Shown one piece after another: positions 28,135 through 38,611 of a stretch of DNA of 64,000 nucleotides. Under the pieces are notes generated by a model. It made no database searches and was not told the DNA's origin. It was given only the letters and a program-made list of their open reading frames with translations. The stretch is taken from positions 174 to 64,173 of the forward strand of contig JAFGPX010000084.1 of the NCBI GenBank assembly GCA_016935975.1, written 5' to 3'. The position numbers were made by a program, and so were the translations under genes. Within the stretch, counting starts at the first letter, position 1. Each line of letters opens with the position of its first letter. This DNA is from Deltaproteobacteria bacterium. Lineage in GTDB: Bacteria; Myxococcota_A; Polyangia; Fen-1088.

Positions 28135-29709
28135 ATGCGTCGATGCCTGTTCGCGTGTTTCCCCGCGCTCGCGCTGGCGGCCTGCAGCGGCGGAGGCAGC
28201 ATCTCGTCCGGCGGCGCTCTTGATGCTGCCGGCGGGACGAGCGGCGGCGGCACGGGAGCCGTCGCCAGCGGGGACGCCAGCGCCGTCTCCGGCACGGGAG
28301 GAGCCATTGCCACGGGCGGGGACAATGGAGCGGGCGGCGTTGTCGCAACGGGCGGTGTGGCGGGCGCGGGCGGTGTCATCGCGACCACCGGCAGAGCGGG
28401 CCTAGGCGGCTCGACCGCAAGTGGCGGCACCACGGGCGGCGGCGGAGCGATGGGCGGCAGCCGCGCCACCGGTGGCGCCCCGGGGACCGGCGGCACGGTG
28501 TCGTCGGGCGGCAGCCGGGCGGCCGGCGGTGCCGCCGGGACGGGCGGCGCGGGCGGGACGCGCGATGCGGGCCGCTTGACCGACGCGAGCGCCGCTGGGG
28601 GCCGAACGGGCACCGGAGGCACCAGCAGTCCGCCGGACGCCGCCGGCTCGGGAGGCAGCACGATGCCGCCCTCGACGGGAGCGCCGCAATCCAAGCCGCT
28701 CGGCTACGGCGAGGCCACGACGGGCGGCGGAGCGGCGGCGGTGGTCGAGGTCGGCAGCATGTCGGCCATGCAGGCGGCCATCGACGCGTATGCCGGCAGC
28801 GGCGGCCTTTCCCTGCGCTATGCCGGCAGGTTCGATTTCGGGACGATCAGCGACCCGTGCACGCAGTGGAAACTGCCGGCGCAAATCGTGGAGATCAAAC
28901 GCAAGAACGACATCACCATCGTGGGCGCCGACGGATCGGCGGCCAACTTCGGCTTCCACATCGCGTCCTCGGCGAGCAACATCATTCTGCGCAACCTGAC
29001 CATCGCGCTTCTGCCCGGCGGGGATGCCTCGGACGCCATCACCATCGAGGGCATGAGCGGCGGAGTGCCCACCAACATCTGGATCGATCACAACACGCTC
29101 TACTCGGCGCTGGTGGACTGCGCCGGCGCGGGCGACACATCCTTCGACGGCCTCATCGACATCAAGAAGGGCGCCGACAACATCACGGTTTCGTACAACT
29201 ACCTGCACGACCACGGCAAGGTCAGCCTGAACGGCTTTTCCGACAGCGACACGGAGATCCGCCACGTCACCTTCCACCACAACGTCTTCGCCAAGGTCGG
29301 CTCGCGCACCCCCCTGCAACGTGGCGGCTACAGCCACATCCTCAACAACCTCATCTCGCAAGTCTCCACCTCGGGCATCAACGTGCGCATGAACGGCCAT
29401 GCGTTGGTCGAGGGCAACTACTTCGAGAACGCGAAGAATCCCGTCACCTCACGCGACAGCGATGCCATCGGCTACTGGGAGCTGCGCGGAAACAACATCA
29501 CGAGCCCGGCCGATTTCACCAAGTTCGGCATCACCTGGTCTGCCAGTAGCTCGACGCCGACCGTGGACGCCACCGACTGGAAGACCACCGCCACCTTCCC
29601 CGTGGCGCTTGGCTATTCGTACTCGGTGGATCCCCCGCAGTGCCTCAAGGACGGGTTGCTGGCCGCGGCCGGCGCCGGCAAGGGCCTGGCCACGCTCAAG
29701 TGCAAATAG
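28135..29709 (+). CDS. Pectate lyase (PL1) lipoprotein with Gly-rich linker
   Basis: Lipobox LAAC, TTGG, NIILRNL, NIWIDHN, DGLIDIK, ITVSYNY, VTFHHN, SRTPLQR (RxPxxR). Confidence 0.93.
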   Translation: MRRCLFACFPALALAACSGGGSISSGGALDAAGGTSGGGTGAVASGDASAVSGTGGAIATGGDNGAGGVVATGGVAGAGGVIATTGRAGLGGSTASGGTTGGGGAMGGSRATGGAPGTGGTVSSGGSRAAGGAAGTGGAGGTRDAGRLTDASAAGGRTGTGGTSSPPDAAGSGGSTMPPSTGAPQSKPLGYGEATTGGGAAAVVEVGSMSAMQAAIDAYAGSGGLSLRYAGRFDFGTISDPCTQWKLPAQIVEIKRKNDITIVGADGSAANFGFHIASSASNIILRNLTIALLPGGDASDAITIEGMSGGVPTNIWIDHNTLYSALVDCAGAGDTSFDGLIDIKKGADNITVSYNYLHDHGKVSLNGFSDSDTEIRHVTFHHNVFAKVGSRTPLQRGGYSHILNNLISQVSTSGINVRMNGHALVEGNYFENAKNPVTSRDSDAIGYWELRGNNITSPADFTKFGITWSASSSTPTVDATDWKTTATFPVALGYSYSVDPPQCLKDGLLAAAGAGKGLATLKCK

Positions 29710-29910
29710 GCAGTCGCGGTCGGACGCATCGAGCGAGCCAGCGTCGTGGGGGCATGGGACACGCCCAGGCCGCGCTATCCGGCGCGGGTCGGCAGGCGCC
29801 CGGAAATCCCGCCCCGCCGCATGGGATTCGGCAAGACGAAGTCGGGCACAAGAGCGCGGCAACGAACGCATGCGCAAGACGCTGGCGCCGTTTGGCCCTA
29901 TCATGCGGCC

Positions 29911-30405
29911 ATGAGCCTCGTGGAAATCTGCCTCTTGGCTTCCCTCCTGGTCGTCGTCGTGGTCGTCGCAAAGATGCTGCGGGCCGTGCGTTTGCTCGAC
30001 GGACGCATGACCCTGCTCCAGGAACAACTGAAGCTCGGCCGCGTCGCCGCGCCCAAGGCACGCAATAGCCAGCCGGCTCCCACGAGATCCTCGCCCGTCA
30101 GGACGCCGGTGTTCGGAGTGCCGGTTGCGCCACCTTCCCCGCGCGCACCGACCCCGGCCCCCGAGGCCGAAAGCGCAGCCGAGGAAGGGCACCACCCGGG
30201 CGAGCAAACGGCCCATGTCATCGGTCAAGCCGAGGCGGATGCGGTGTGGGCACACATGGAGGCGGAGCAGGAGCGGCTGAAGAAGGCCATGGGCCGCGAC
30301 TTCCAGGTGCGCACGCGCAAGCGCTCCGCCAGCGACATACGCGGCAAGCCCGTGGTGCGCGCCTTGTCCGCGCAGGATCTGGCCAAGAAGATCGAGCGCA
30401 AGTAG
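29911..30405 (+). CDS. Hypothetical membrane-anchored protein
   Basis: N-terminal TM, coiled segment and Pro-rich linker; TATCAT 6 nt before ATG. Confidence 0.6.
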   Translation: MSLVEICLLASLLVVVVVVAKMLRAVRLLDGRMTLLQEQLKLGRVAAPKARNSQPAPTRSSPVRTPVFGVPVAPPSPRAPTPAPEAESAAEEGHHPGEQTAHVIGQAEADAVWAHMEAEQERLKKAMGRDFQVRTRKRSASDIRGKPVVRALSAQDLAKKIERK

Positions 30406-30449
30406 GGGCGCGATTCGTCGCGCCCTTCGCCATTCATCGCGCGCTCTCT

Positions 30450-31553
30450 CTACCAGCGCACGACCACGCGCAGGATTGCCAACAGGAGCTTCCACACCGG
30501 CTCCACCACATGGGTGACAATCGGGCCGCGGAAACCAGGGTAGTCGATGACCGCGGCGAAGTGGCGGAGGATCTCGCGGTCGGGCACCCGGCGGATCGCG
30601 GCGACGGCGCGCCGGCCGCGCCACAGATAGCGCCAGGCCGTCGGGCGCACGAACCACAGAAGCGAGCGCAGCTTGGCGCCCAGCCAGCCGCCGCGCGCCG
30701 CCATGAAGAGCAAACCGAGATCCGCAAGCAGGAGGGCCGGGAGCAACAGCAAGACCGTCGGCAAACGGTAGTTCTTGAGCACCACGATCCAGCGGTTGCG
30801 CTCCATCCAGTACCACTTGGACGTGGCCCGCGAGAATTCGTAGTAGTGCCGGCATACGCTGGCCGGAGCCACCACGTTGCGCAGGCCCGCCACGCGGATC
30901 CGCCAGCCCAGATCCAGATCCTCGTGGTAGAGCCAAAGGGTTTCGTCAAAGAGGCCCACCCGTTGCAGCACCGGCACCGGCAGGAGCACGCAGGCCCCGG
31001 ACGAAAACGCGATGTCGCGCGGCCCCGGCGGCACGGCCGCGCGCGCCCCCAGGTAGCCGCCGACGTAGCCGAAGCCCAGGAAGTGAATGAGGTTGCCGCT
31101 GGAATTGACCTTCTCGGGCTCGCTGCCCAGCACGAGCAGCGACTGCACCGAGCCCACGTCCGCGCTGCCCTCCGCCGCGTCGACCGCCTCACGCAGAGCC
31201 GCGCGCTCGCAGGTGGCGTCCGGGTTGAGCAAGAAAACGTAGTCGACGCCGCGAGCCGTGGCTGCCCGCAAAGCGAGGTTGTTGGCAGCCGCGAAACCCA
31301 GGTTGCCGCCCGGCTCATGCACCACCACGGACGGCAGGCGATCCCCGAGGCGTTCGATCTCCCGCCGCGCCGCCGCCAAGCTGCCGTCGCCGGCGCCGTT
31401 GTCCACGAGATGGAGTTCCAGCCGCTCACGGGGGTACTCGACCTCCGCAATGCTGGCAAGCAGGCCGGGCACGAACCTCTCGCAGCGGTAGAGGACCGTC
31501 ACCACGGCCACGCGCGGGAGCGATGCATCCGTCTCGGTGCTCAACGCCCGCAC
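30450..31553 (-). CDS. GT2 family glycosyltransferase
   Basis: LVDNG, NLGFAAANN, FLLNPD, SGAC, FDETLWLYHEDLDLGWR. Confidence 0.92.
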   Translation of the reverse strand: MRALSTETDASLPRVAVVTVLYRCERFVPGLLASIAEVEYPRERLELHLVDNGAGDGSLAAARREIERLGDRLPSVVVHEPGGNLGFAAANNLALRAATARGVDYVFLLNPDATCERAALREAVDAAEGSADVGSVQSLLVLGSEPEKVNSSGNLIHFLGFGYVGGYLGARAAVPPGPRDIAFSSGACVLLPVPVLQRVGLFDETLWLYHEDLDLGWRIRVAGLRNVVAPASVCRHYYEFSRATSKWYWMERNRWIVVLKNYRLPTVLLLLPALLLADLGLLFMAARGGWLGAKLRSLLWFVRPTAWRYLWRGRRAVAAIRRVPDREILRHFAAVIDYPGFRGPIVTHVVEPVWKLLLAILRVVVRW

Positions 31554-32753
31554 CTACTTGCGCGAAGGCGCTTGCGCATCCTCGGCGGCCAATTCCGCCA
31601 ACACCTTGAGCGCAGCCGCCCGCTTGGCCGCCCTGCCGGCTGGCCGTTCCGAGCCACCCGGCGAGGACGCGGGAGCAGGGCTCGCAGATGCCGCCCCGGC
31701 GCCCCCGTTTCCGGGTTTGGCGCTCTTGGCGGGCGGCGGCGCCGGCAGCGGCTCGGGTTTGGGAGTCGTCGCGGCCCGGAAGGCGGGCAGCACCTCCTTG
31801 AGAAAGCGCCCGCGTTCGGCCGCCTCCTCGGCGATGGCCTTCTTGTAGATGGCGTGCATCAACTCCGACACCCTGGCCGAGTCCGTGCGCGGCGCCGCCT
31901 CCGCGATGGCGTCCGACAGCGCCAGCCGGAACTCCTCGGCGCTGGCGAAGCGCTTGCCGCGATCGGGGGCCAGCGCGCGCATCACCACCGCGTCCAGGGC
32001 CGGCGTCACCCACGGGGCCCGCGACGACGGCGGCATGGGTTTGGGATGGCGCACGACGGCCAACGCGGCCACGGGATCGAGTCCGGCGATCTGCAAGTAC
32101 TGATGCCCGGTCAGAAGCTCCCACAGCACCACGGCGAGCGAGTACACGTCGGTACAGGGATCGGCGACCTCGCCGCGCGCCTGCTCGGGCGCCAGGTAGG
32201 CCGCCCGTCCGAACACCACGCCGGGCTGCGTGTGTTCTTCCTTGAGGGCGCTTCTCGCCAGACCGAAGTCCGTCAGTTTCACGTCGCCGTTGTAGGCGAG
32301 CATGATGTTGGGCGGCGCCACGTCGCGGTGGACCAGATTGAGCTCGCCGTACGTGTGCACGAAGGACAGCGTGCGCGCGACCTCGCGTGCCACCTGCAGC
32401 GCGACCTCGAGCGGGATACGATGACGTACGCGCACGCAGCGGTTCCACACCTCGCGCAGATCCTTGCCCTCGACGAGCTCCATGGCGATGTAGAACTCCC
32501 GGTCGACCTGGCCGGCGTCAAAGGTGTTGACCAAGCCAGAGTGGGAAAGCCGCAACACCACCTTGGCCTCGTCCAGAAACCGCTTGGCCTTGCCCTCGTC
32601 CGCCTTCTCGGGAATGACCTTCTTGATCACGCACAGCTTGTCGAAGCCGTCGAGCTGGCCCAAAGCCGCCACGTAGATCTCCCCCATCCCTCCCTTGGCG
32701 AGGGGCTTGAGCAAGACATACTTGCCGAACTGTCGCGGGTAGGCGGCGGCCAT
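31554..32753 (-). CDS. Ser/Thr protein kinase (cytoplasmic)
   Basis: LAKGGMG, VIKK, HRDVAPPN, DFGLA, YLAPEQ, DVYSL. Confidence 0.93.
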   Translation of the reverse strand: MAAAYPRQFGKYVLLKPLAKGGMGEIYVAALGQLDGFDKLCVIKKVIPEKADEGKAKRFLDEAKVVLRLSHSGLVNTFDAGQVDREFYIAMELVEGKDLREVWNRCVRVRHRIPLEVALQVAREVARTLSFVHTYGELNLVHRDVAPPNIMLAYNGDVKLTDFGLARSALKEEHTQPGVVFGRAAYLAPEQARGEVADPCTDVYSLAVVLWELLTGHQYLQIAGLDPVAALAVVRHPKPMPPSSRAPWVTPALDAVVMRALAPDRGKRFASAEEFRLALSDAIAEAAPRTDSARVSELMHAIYKKAIAEEAAERGRFLKEVLPAFRAATTPKPEPLPAPPPAKSAKPGNGGAGAASASPAPASSPGGSERPAGRAAKRAAALKVLAELAAEDAQAPSRK

Positions 32754-32803
32754 GACTGCGGACCCCGTAGCTTATCAGCGGGCCGGGCCGTACGTCGCCT
32801 ATT

Positions 32804-35647
32804 TCAGGGCAAGAGCCGACTTTCCACCAGGCGCAAGCCCTGCCCCGCCACGCGGTTGTTGGGGTCGAGCCTGAGCGCCTCCTCGTAGGCCTTCTTTGCC
32901 TCCTCGAACTTCTCCAGCTTGAAGTAGGCATCGCCAAGCAACACCCGCGCCTCGACGCCGCCGCCCGCGCGGGCGCTCTGCCGGGCCCGCAGGGCGGCCT
33001 GCTTGTAGTTCTTCTCCTGGAAGGCGATCTTGGCCAGCCCCGCGGCCGCAGCGCCTCGGGCCTGCCTCCTGGCGAGTAGCTTGCCGAAGGCAACTCGGGC
33101 CTCATCGTAGCGCTGGGCGTGCAAGAGCTGTCGAGCCTTCTGCAACGACTCCTCGATCTCCTTGGCCAAGGCCACGGCCGGGCGAGCGGGGCGCCCGCTC
33201 GGCTCACGCCGGACGGTCTCGCTGGGCTCGGGCTCGGCGACGGCCGGCTCCACCCCGGAGGCGCCTGCCTCGGCCGCGGCATCAAACGAAGCCGCGGCCA
33301 CGGGCGGAGGCGGAACGGGGGCGGGCACGGGCGGCTGGACGCTGCGGACGGCAACGGGTGGCGCCGATGCCGCTGCGCCCTCCTGCTGGTTCTGCCGGGC
33401 ACGGCCCAGGGCATACAGCGCCGCGCCGGCCAGCACGAAGGCAACGAGCCCGCCAACGAGGTAGAGCCGCCGGCGAAAAGCAAACGGCAAGACGACGCGC
33501 GTCTCCGAAACGTCGCCCGAGAAAGGCTGGTAGTCGGCTTGCAGCCCCTCGCCCGCCGGCGGGCTGACGTGCGGGAGCAGCGCCGGCGGCGGCGTCACGA
33601 TGAGGACGCTCTCGAGGGCTCGGATCTCGGCGGCGAGCTCGGCCATGCTCTTCGGGCGATCCTCCGGCAGCCGAGCCATGGCGCGTTCGACCAGCGCCAC
33701 GATCTCCGGAGAAAGCCCGGGCCGCACTTCGACGAGCGGCGGCGGCGGCTCGTTGGCCTTCTTGTGCAGGACCTCCATCACGTTGTCGCCCTCGTAGGGC
33801 GCCTTGCCCGAGAGCATCTCGTACATGATCGAGCCCACGGCGTAGATGTCGGAGCGTGGGTCGGCGGGGAAACCGGCCGCCTGCTCGGGCGCCATGTATT
33901 CGGGCGTGCCCATCGCGACACCGGGCCGTGTCAAGCGTTTGCCGCGCCGCGGGTGCTCCTCGATCTCCGCGCTCTTGGCGATGCCGAAATCCAACACTTT
34001 GACGAACTCGCTGCCCTCGCGCACGTCGATGCCGGGATTCGACTGCCCGTTCGACGGGGAGCGGCCGCCGCCCAGACCGAGCAGCAAGATGTTCTCGGGT
34101 TTGAGATCGCGGTGGATGACGCCGACGTCGTGCGCCGCCTGCAGCGCCTCGCACATCTGCTCGGCGATATGCAGGGTGCGCAGCGTGGCGAGCGGCCCCT
34201 CGCGGTGGATGAGCAGGCCGAGCTCGATGCCCTCGATGTATTCCATCACGAAGAAGAGCGAACCGTCGAGGGTCGTGCCGAAGTCGGTGACGTTGACGAC
34301 GTTCGGATGCTCGATGCGCGAGGCGGCGCGCGCCTCGCGCCTGAATCGTTCGACCAGATCCGGGGTGCGCGAGTACGCCGGATGCAGAACCTTGATGGCC
34401 ACGCGCTTGCCGATCTCGACATGCTCGGCTTCGTACACGCGTCCCATGCCGCCCTCGCCGCACAGGCGCTTGATCTGGTAGCGCCCCGAAAGGAGCGCCC
34501 CGACCATGCGCGAGCCCTCTTCGAGCGGCTTGGGCGTGATCACCGGCTCCGGACCGCCGGGGCGACCCAGCGGCGCCGTGGCGACACGTTCGGCCGCGAC
34601 CTCCACCAGCGCCTGAGGCGGCGGCGAGAACGGCTCCCGGTGCATGCTCGAGAAGCCTTCGAGCAGATAGGCGCCATCGCGCACCAGCTCCTGGCGCTCG
34701 CTGCGTTCCTTGGCCATGACCTCGCTCCACAGATCGCGCAGAAAACGCGCGACCTGATGCCCGTCCATGGCCGGGGCGTTCTTGGCGAGAAAGGCCGCTA
34801 GCTCCGAGCGTAGCTCCTCGCCGCTCTGGAAACGATCCTCCGGCCGCGGGGCCAGCGCCCTGAGCACCAAGAGATCGAGCTCGCGCGGTACGCGGCTAGC
34901 CCGCTGCGAAGGCGGCACGACCTGCGGGTGGCGCACGCGTTCGAGCAGATCGTCCTGGGGAGCCTCCTCGCCGGCCACGCGCGGCGCTGGGGCGAAGAGC
35001 TGCCGGCCGGTGAGCAGCTCCCACAGGATGACACCTGCGGCATACAGGTCGGTGCGCCCATCGAGTGTCTCGCCACGCGCCTGCTCGGGCGACATGTAGC
35101 TGACCTTGCCGTAGACCACCCCGGGCGCGGTCTTTTCCAGCTTCAGGGTCGAGGTGGCCAGACCGAAGTCGGTCAGCTTGATCTCGCCGGAATAGGACAG
35201 AAGCACGTTGGGCGGGGAGACGTCGCGGTGGACGAGCTTGAGACCTTCGAAGGAATGCGCGTAGCCCAGACCGCGCACCAGCTCCTTGACGATGTGAACG
35301 GCGACGGGCAGAGGGAAGGCCACGCCCTTCTGCGCACAGCGGTTCCACACCGCGCGCAGATCCTTGCCCTCGATGAAATCCATGGCGAGGTAGATCTCGC
35401 CTTTGACTTGGCCAGCGTCGAATACGCCCACCAGGTTGCCGTGCGACAATCGCACCACGACTTTGGCCTCGTCCTTGAAGCGCTGCAGGTAGCCTTTCTC
35501 GACCAGATGTGGCAGCGCCGTCTTGACCACGCACAGTTTTTCCATGCCGCGATGGCCGTGCAGCGCCAGGTAGAGCGCTCCCATGCCCCCACGCGCCAGG
35601 GGCTTGACCAGGACATACCCACCGAAGCGTCGCGGAAAGCCTTCCAT
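32804..35647 (-). CDS. Ser/Thr protein kinase with two kinase domains, TM helix and C-terminal TPR
   Basis: Domain 1 [17 protein letters not shown]; domain 2 [21 protein letters not shown]; [22 protein letters not shown]; [11 protein letters not shown]. Confidence 0.93.
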   Translation of the reverse strand: MEGFPRRFGGYVLVKPLARGGMGALYLALHGHRGMEKLCVVKTALPHLVEKGYLQRFKDEAKVVVRLSHGNLVGVFDAGQVKGEIYLAMDFIEGKDLRAVWNRCAQKGVAFPLPVAVHIVKELVRGLGYAHSFEGLKLVHRDVSPPNVLLSYSGEIKLTDFGLATSTLKLEKTAPGVVYGKVSYMSPEQARGETLDGRTDLYAAGVILWELLTGRQLFAPAPRVAGEEAPQDDLLERVRHPQVVPPSQRASRVPRELDLLVLRALAPRPEDRFQSGEELRSELAAFLAKNAPAMDGHQVARFLRDLWSEVMAKERSERQELVRDGAYLLEGFSSMHREPFSPPPQALVEVAAERVATAPLGRPGGPEPVITPKPLEEGSRMVGALLSGRYQIKRLCGEGGMGRVYEAEHVEIGKRVAIKVLHPAYSRTPDLVERFRREARAASRIEHPNVVNVTDFGTTLDGSLFFVMEYIEGIELGLLIHREGPLATLRTLHIAEQMCEALQAAHDVGVIHRDLKPENILLLGLGGGRSPSNGQSNPGIDVREGSEFVKVLDFGIAKSAEIEEHPRRGKRLTRPGVAMGTPEYMAPEQAAGFPADPRSDIYAVGSIMYEMLSGKAPYEGDNVMEVLHKKANEPPPPLVEVRPGLSPEIVALVERAMARLPEDRPKSMAELAAEIRALESVLIVTPPPALLPHVSPPAGEGLQADYQPFSGDVSETRVVLPFAFRRRLYLVGGLVAFVLAGAALYALGRARQNQQEGAAASAPPVAVRSVQPPVPAPVPPPPVAAASFDAAAEAGASGVEPAVAEPEPSETVRREPSGRPARPAVALAKEIEESLQKARQLLHAQRYDEARVAFGKLLARRQARGAAAAGLAKIAFQEKNYKQAALRARQSARAGGGVEARVLLGDAYFKLEKFEEAKKAYEEALRLDPNNRVAGQGLRLVESRLLP

Positions 35648-35816
35648 TTCTGAGCGTGCTGCTGGTCGATCTTAGGGTAACAAGTGCAAGATTCCTAGGG
35701 GTCTGGCTTACGCCGACGCAAAAAGATACCCCGATCCGGGGTCCGGAGCAGAGAGAAGCCGGACGTCCCCGCCGGCGACTTCCAAGCTGGGACAGCGCGA
35801 TGGCCTGGCTCCGATG

Positions 35817-36794
35817 CTAGGGGCAAGTCCCGCCGCCCGCGTTGCAGTCCACGCCGCCCGCGCAGGTTTCGGCTCCCTGTCCGCTGCACGTGACGTCGCA
35901 AGTCGACCCGTTGCAGGTCACGCGCGCCCGGCACGAGTTCCTACCGGAACACGTGACGACGTTGGCGCTGGCGTTGGTGGTGATGCCGCCCGCACACGAG
36001 CGATTGCCGCTGCAGGTAAGGTTGCACTCGTCGCCCGAGCAGCTCACGGTCGAGCCGCAGCTCGTTTCGCCGCCGCAGACGAGCCGCGTGTGGGCCGCGT
36101 TGCTGGAAACAGCCCCCTTGCAGGCGTTGGCTCCGGCGCAAGCGATGGTGCACTGGGTACCGCCGCACTTGACCGGGCCAGCGCAGGCATCCGCAGCGCC
36201 ATTTTCGCCGCAGACGACATCGCACGCCGTCGCCTGCGAGCAGTCGACGCCTTCGGCGCAGCTGGAAGCGCCACAGCGAACCTGGCAGGCCTGCTGGGAG
36301 GGGCAGGTTACGACCGTGCTGCATGCGTCCTGCGCGGTGCAGTCGAAAACACACTTGTCTGCCTGATACACCCCGCCCTTGTCGGCGCATTTCGTGCTGG
36401 GGGTGACCTCGGGACCCATCTCCGGGGGGCCGGTGTCAACGGGATTGTGGCTGGCGTCCGCGCCCGCCTCCCGCCGCACGACGCCGCCGTCGCCACGCCC
36501 GCCGCCAAAGGCCTGCGCCCCGCCCGCCGCCCTGGCGCCGCCCGTGCCGAACACTCCCCCCGTGTCCCCGACGCCACCGGCGCCAGGCGCGCCCGCAGCG
36601 CGCGTGGTTGCGCCGTTCCCCGCAGCACCACCGCTGGCCGCATTGCCCCCGAGACCCGTGCTGCCGCTGGCGCCGGAGACATCGGCCCGGGCACCGCCTT
36701 GACCATCAACCGGAAGGCCGGACCTGTCGATCGTGCATGCGAGTGGGGCAAGCAGCACGGCCAGCAGAGAGGGCCACCTTGGTTTCGTGCGCAT
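35817..36794 (-). CDS. Cys-rich repeat lipoprotein
   Basis: Lipobox PLAC, Gly-rich linker, then about 21-aa Cys-periodic repeats. Confidence 0.7.
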   Translation of the reverse strand: MRTKPRWPSLLAVLLAPLACTIDRSGLPVDGQGGARADVSGASGSTGLGGNAASGGAAGNGATTRAAGAPGAGGVGDTGGVFGTGGARAAGGAQAFGGGRGDGGVVRREAGADASHNPVDTGPPEMGPEVTPSTKCADKGGVYQADKCVFDCTAQDACSTVVTCPSQQACQVRCGASSCAEGVDCSQATACDVVCGENGAADACAGPVKCGGTQCTIACAGANACKGAVSSNAAHTRLVCGGETSCGSTVSCSGDECNLTCSGNRSCAGGITTNASANVVTCSGRNSCRARVTCNGSTCDVTCSGQGAETCAGGVDCNAGGGTCP

Positions 36795-36953
36795 CGAAAG
36801 CGTCCTGCCACCTGCGGCCGCTGCCACACGGGCCGAGCCCGCTCGCGCCCCGGACCGCGCGGAGGCGCGAGAACACGGAGGTATTCTGAGGGCGCGAACC
36901 GATGGGCACAAGCACAAACAAGTCGTGAGAGCCTTGACGTGCGCAACGGTGGG

Positions 36954-37694
36954 CTACTTGGCAAACAGCCTGGCGCGGTAGATGCCCATCTTGGCCAGAC
37001 GGAAGAGCACGGCGGTCCAGAGGCAGCCAAGGCCATAGCGCAGACTGCGGCCGAAGTTGATGGAGGATGCCTCCTTGAAGTACTTGGCCGGGCAAGTCAC
37101 CTCGGCGATGGAGAATCCGAGGAAATGGATCTGCGAGAGCATCTGGTTGTCGAAAACGAAATCGTCGGAGTTGCGCTCGATGGGCACGGTTTCCAGCACC
37201 TTGCGGGTGAAAGCACGGTAGCCCGTGTGGTACTCGGACAGCTTGGCGCCCATCAGGACGTTCTGCACCATGGTCAGGAAGCGGTTGCTGACGTATTTGT
37301 AGAGCGGCATACCGCCCTTGAGCGCCTGGCCGCCCAAGATGCGCGAGCCCAGCACGACGTCGTAGAGGCCAGATTCGAGAATGTAGGCCATGGCCGAAAC
37401 CAGCTTGGGCGTGTACTGGTAGTCGGGGTGGAGCATGATGACGATGTCGGCCCCGGCCGCGAGCGCGGTCTTGTAGCAGGACTTCTGGTTGCCGCCATAG
37501 CCCCGATTGCGTGGGTGCACGACCGTCCGAAGCCCCAGCTCCTTGGCTACGGAGACGGTTTCGTCGCGGCTGGCGTCGTCGACGACAATGATCTCGTCAA
37601 CGATGTCCAGGGGCACCTCGGCGCAGGTATTGCGCAGCGTCTTGCCCGCGTTGTACGCAGGCATGACGACGACCACTTTCTTTCCACGAATCAC
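36954..37694 (-). CDS. GT2 glycosyltransferase (polyprenol-phosphate/DPM1-like)
   Basis: VVMPAYNA, VDDASRD, NRGYGGNQK, HPDYQY, SEYHTGYRAF. Confidence 0.92.
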   Translation of the reverse strand: MIRGKKVVVVMPAYNAGKTLRNTCAEVPLDIVDEIIVVDDASRDETVSVAKELGLRTVVHPRNRGYGGNQKSCYKTALAAGADIVIMLHPDYQYTPKLVSAMAYILESGLYDVVLGSRILGGQALKGGMPLYKYVSNRFLTMVQNVLMGAKLSEYHTGYRAFTRKVLETVPIERNSDDFVFDNQMLSQIHFLGFSIAEVTCPAKYFKEASSINFGRSLRYGLGCLWTAVLFRLAKMGIYRARLFAK

Positions 37695-37780
37695 GGCCGG
37701 GAGGTTCCTTGGGACTGGTCTTATATTCCACAAGCCCTACCGAGGGTAGATTGGCGCGAACGCATGCCGCTCCGCGCTAA

Positions 37781-38413
37781 CTACTTCTCGAAGTGCTGGT
37801 AGTCCTTCATCGAAACCCAGGCCCCCCCCCACGTCCAGCCGCGGCGAGTGAATTCGCGGACGGCCCGGTCCCCCTGGCGCAGCAAGCCAGGAACCCTGCG
37901 CGCCCGGTTGGCGTACTTGGCACCTGCGGGAGGAGAAACCGTCCCCGCAAGAACCATGGGGTTCAGCAGCGGATTGATGTCGATGGCGCGGCCATGGCTG
38001 TGCCTCGAAAACACGAGAGGCTTGCCAGCCACGCGCCGGCAGTTGAAGCCCGAGGTGTTGTTGTCGGCCATCGAGCGGTCGTCGTCGCCCTGGTAGTCGT
38101 CGATGAGGCGCATCCTCTCGATGGGGAACTTCTGCTCGAAGAGCGCCCGGAAGATCTGGAGCACCTCGACGGCCAACTCGCGATGCACGATCAGCTCTCC
38201 CTCATGCACGGCCCCATCGCTGCCGTAGTGGGACAGCCGCAGATACGCCAGTTGCGCGATGGGAACCGGGCATCCCTCGCGCCACGAATGCACCCGCATG
38301 CGCGCGGCCACAGTCTGGGGAACCGTGCCTTGCGTGCCACGAAAAGCCGGCGGCGCGGGCCGAGCGTCGGCGGCAGGCAGCAGCAGGACGAAGAGCCACA
38401 GAAGCTTCAGCAT
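37781..38413 (-). CDS. M15 family metallopeptidase (peptidoglycan peptidase)
   Basis: Signal peptide, NNTSGFNCR, SRHSHGRAIDINP, WTWGG.W, KDYQHFE. Confidence 0.88.
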   Translation of the reverse strand: MLKLLWLFVLLLPAADARPAPPAFRGTQGTVPQTVAARMRVHSWREGCPVPIAQLAYLRLSHYGSDGAVHEGELIVHRELAVEVLQIFRALFEQKFPIERMRLIDDYQGDDDRSMADNNTSGFNCRRVAGKPLVFSRHSHGRAIDINPLLNPMVLAGTVSPPAGAKYANRARRVPGLLRQGDRAVREFTRRGWTWGGAWVSMKDYQHFEK

Positions 38414-38611
38414 CGCGGCCCATCCAGCCATGACGAGGATCGAATGTACGGCATTCCCGCGCGGGCTCGCCTCAGAAAACTGAACCCGCAAGACGTGCCC
38501 TGGCCGGAAAACATGGACCATTCGGGCGCCAAGCGCCAGTGGGACGATGGCACGCGAAATGCTGGCAACAGATGCCTAGGAGCATCAATCTGAAGGCAAA
38601 AGGACAACACC

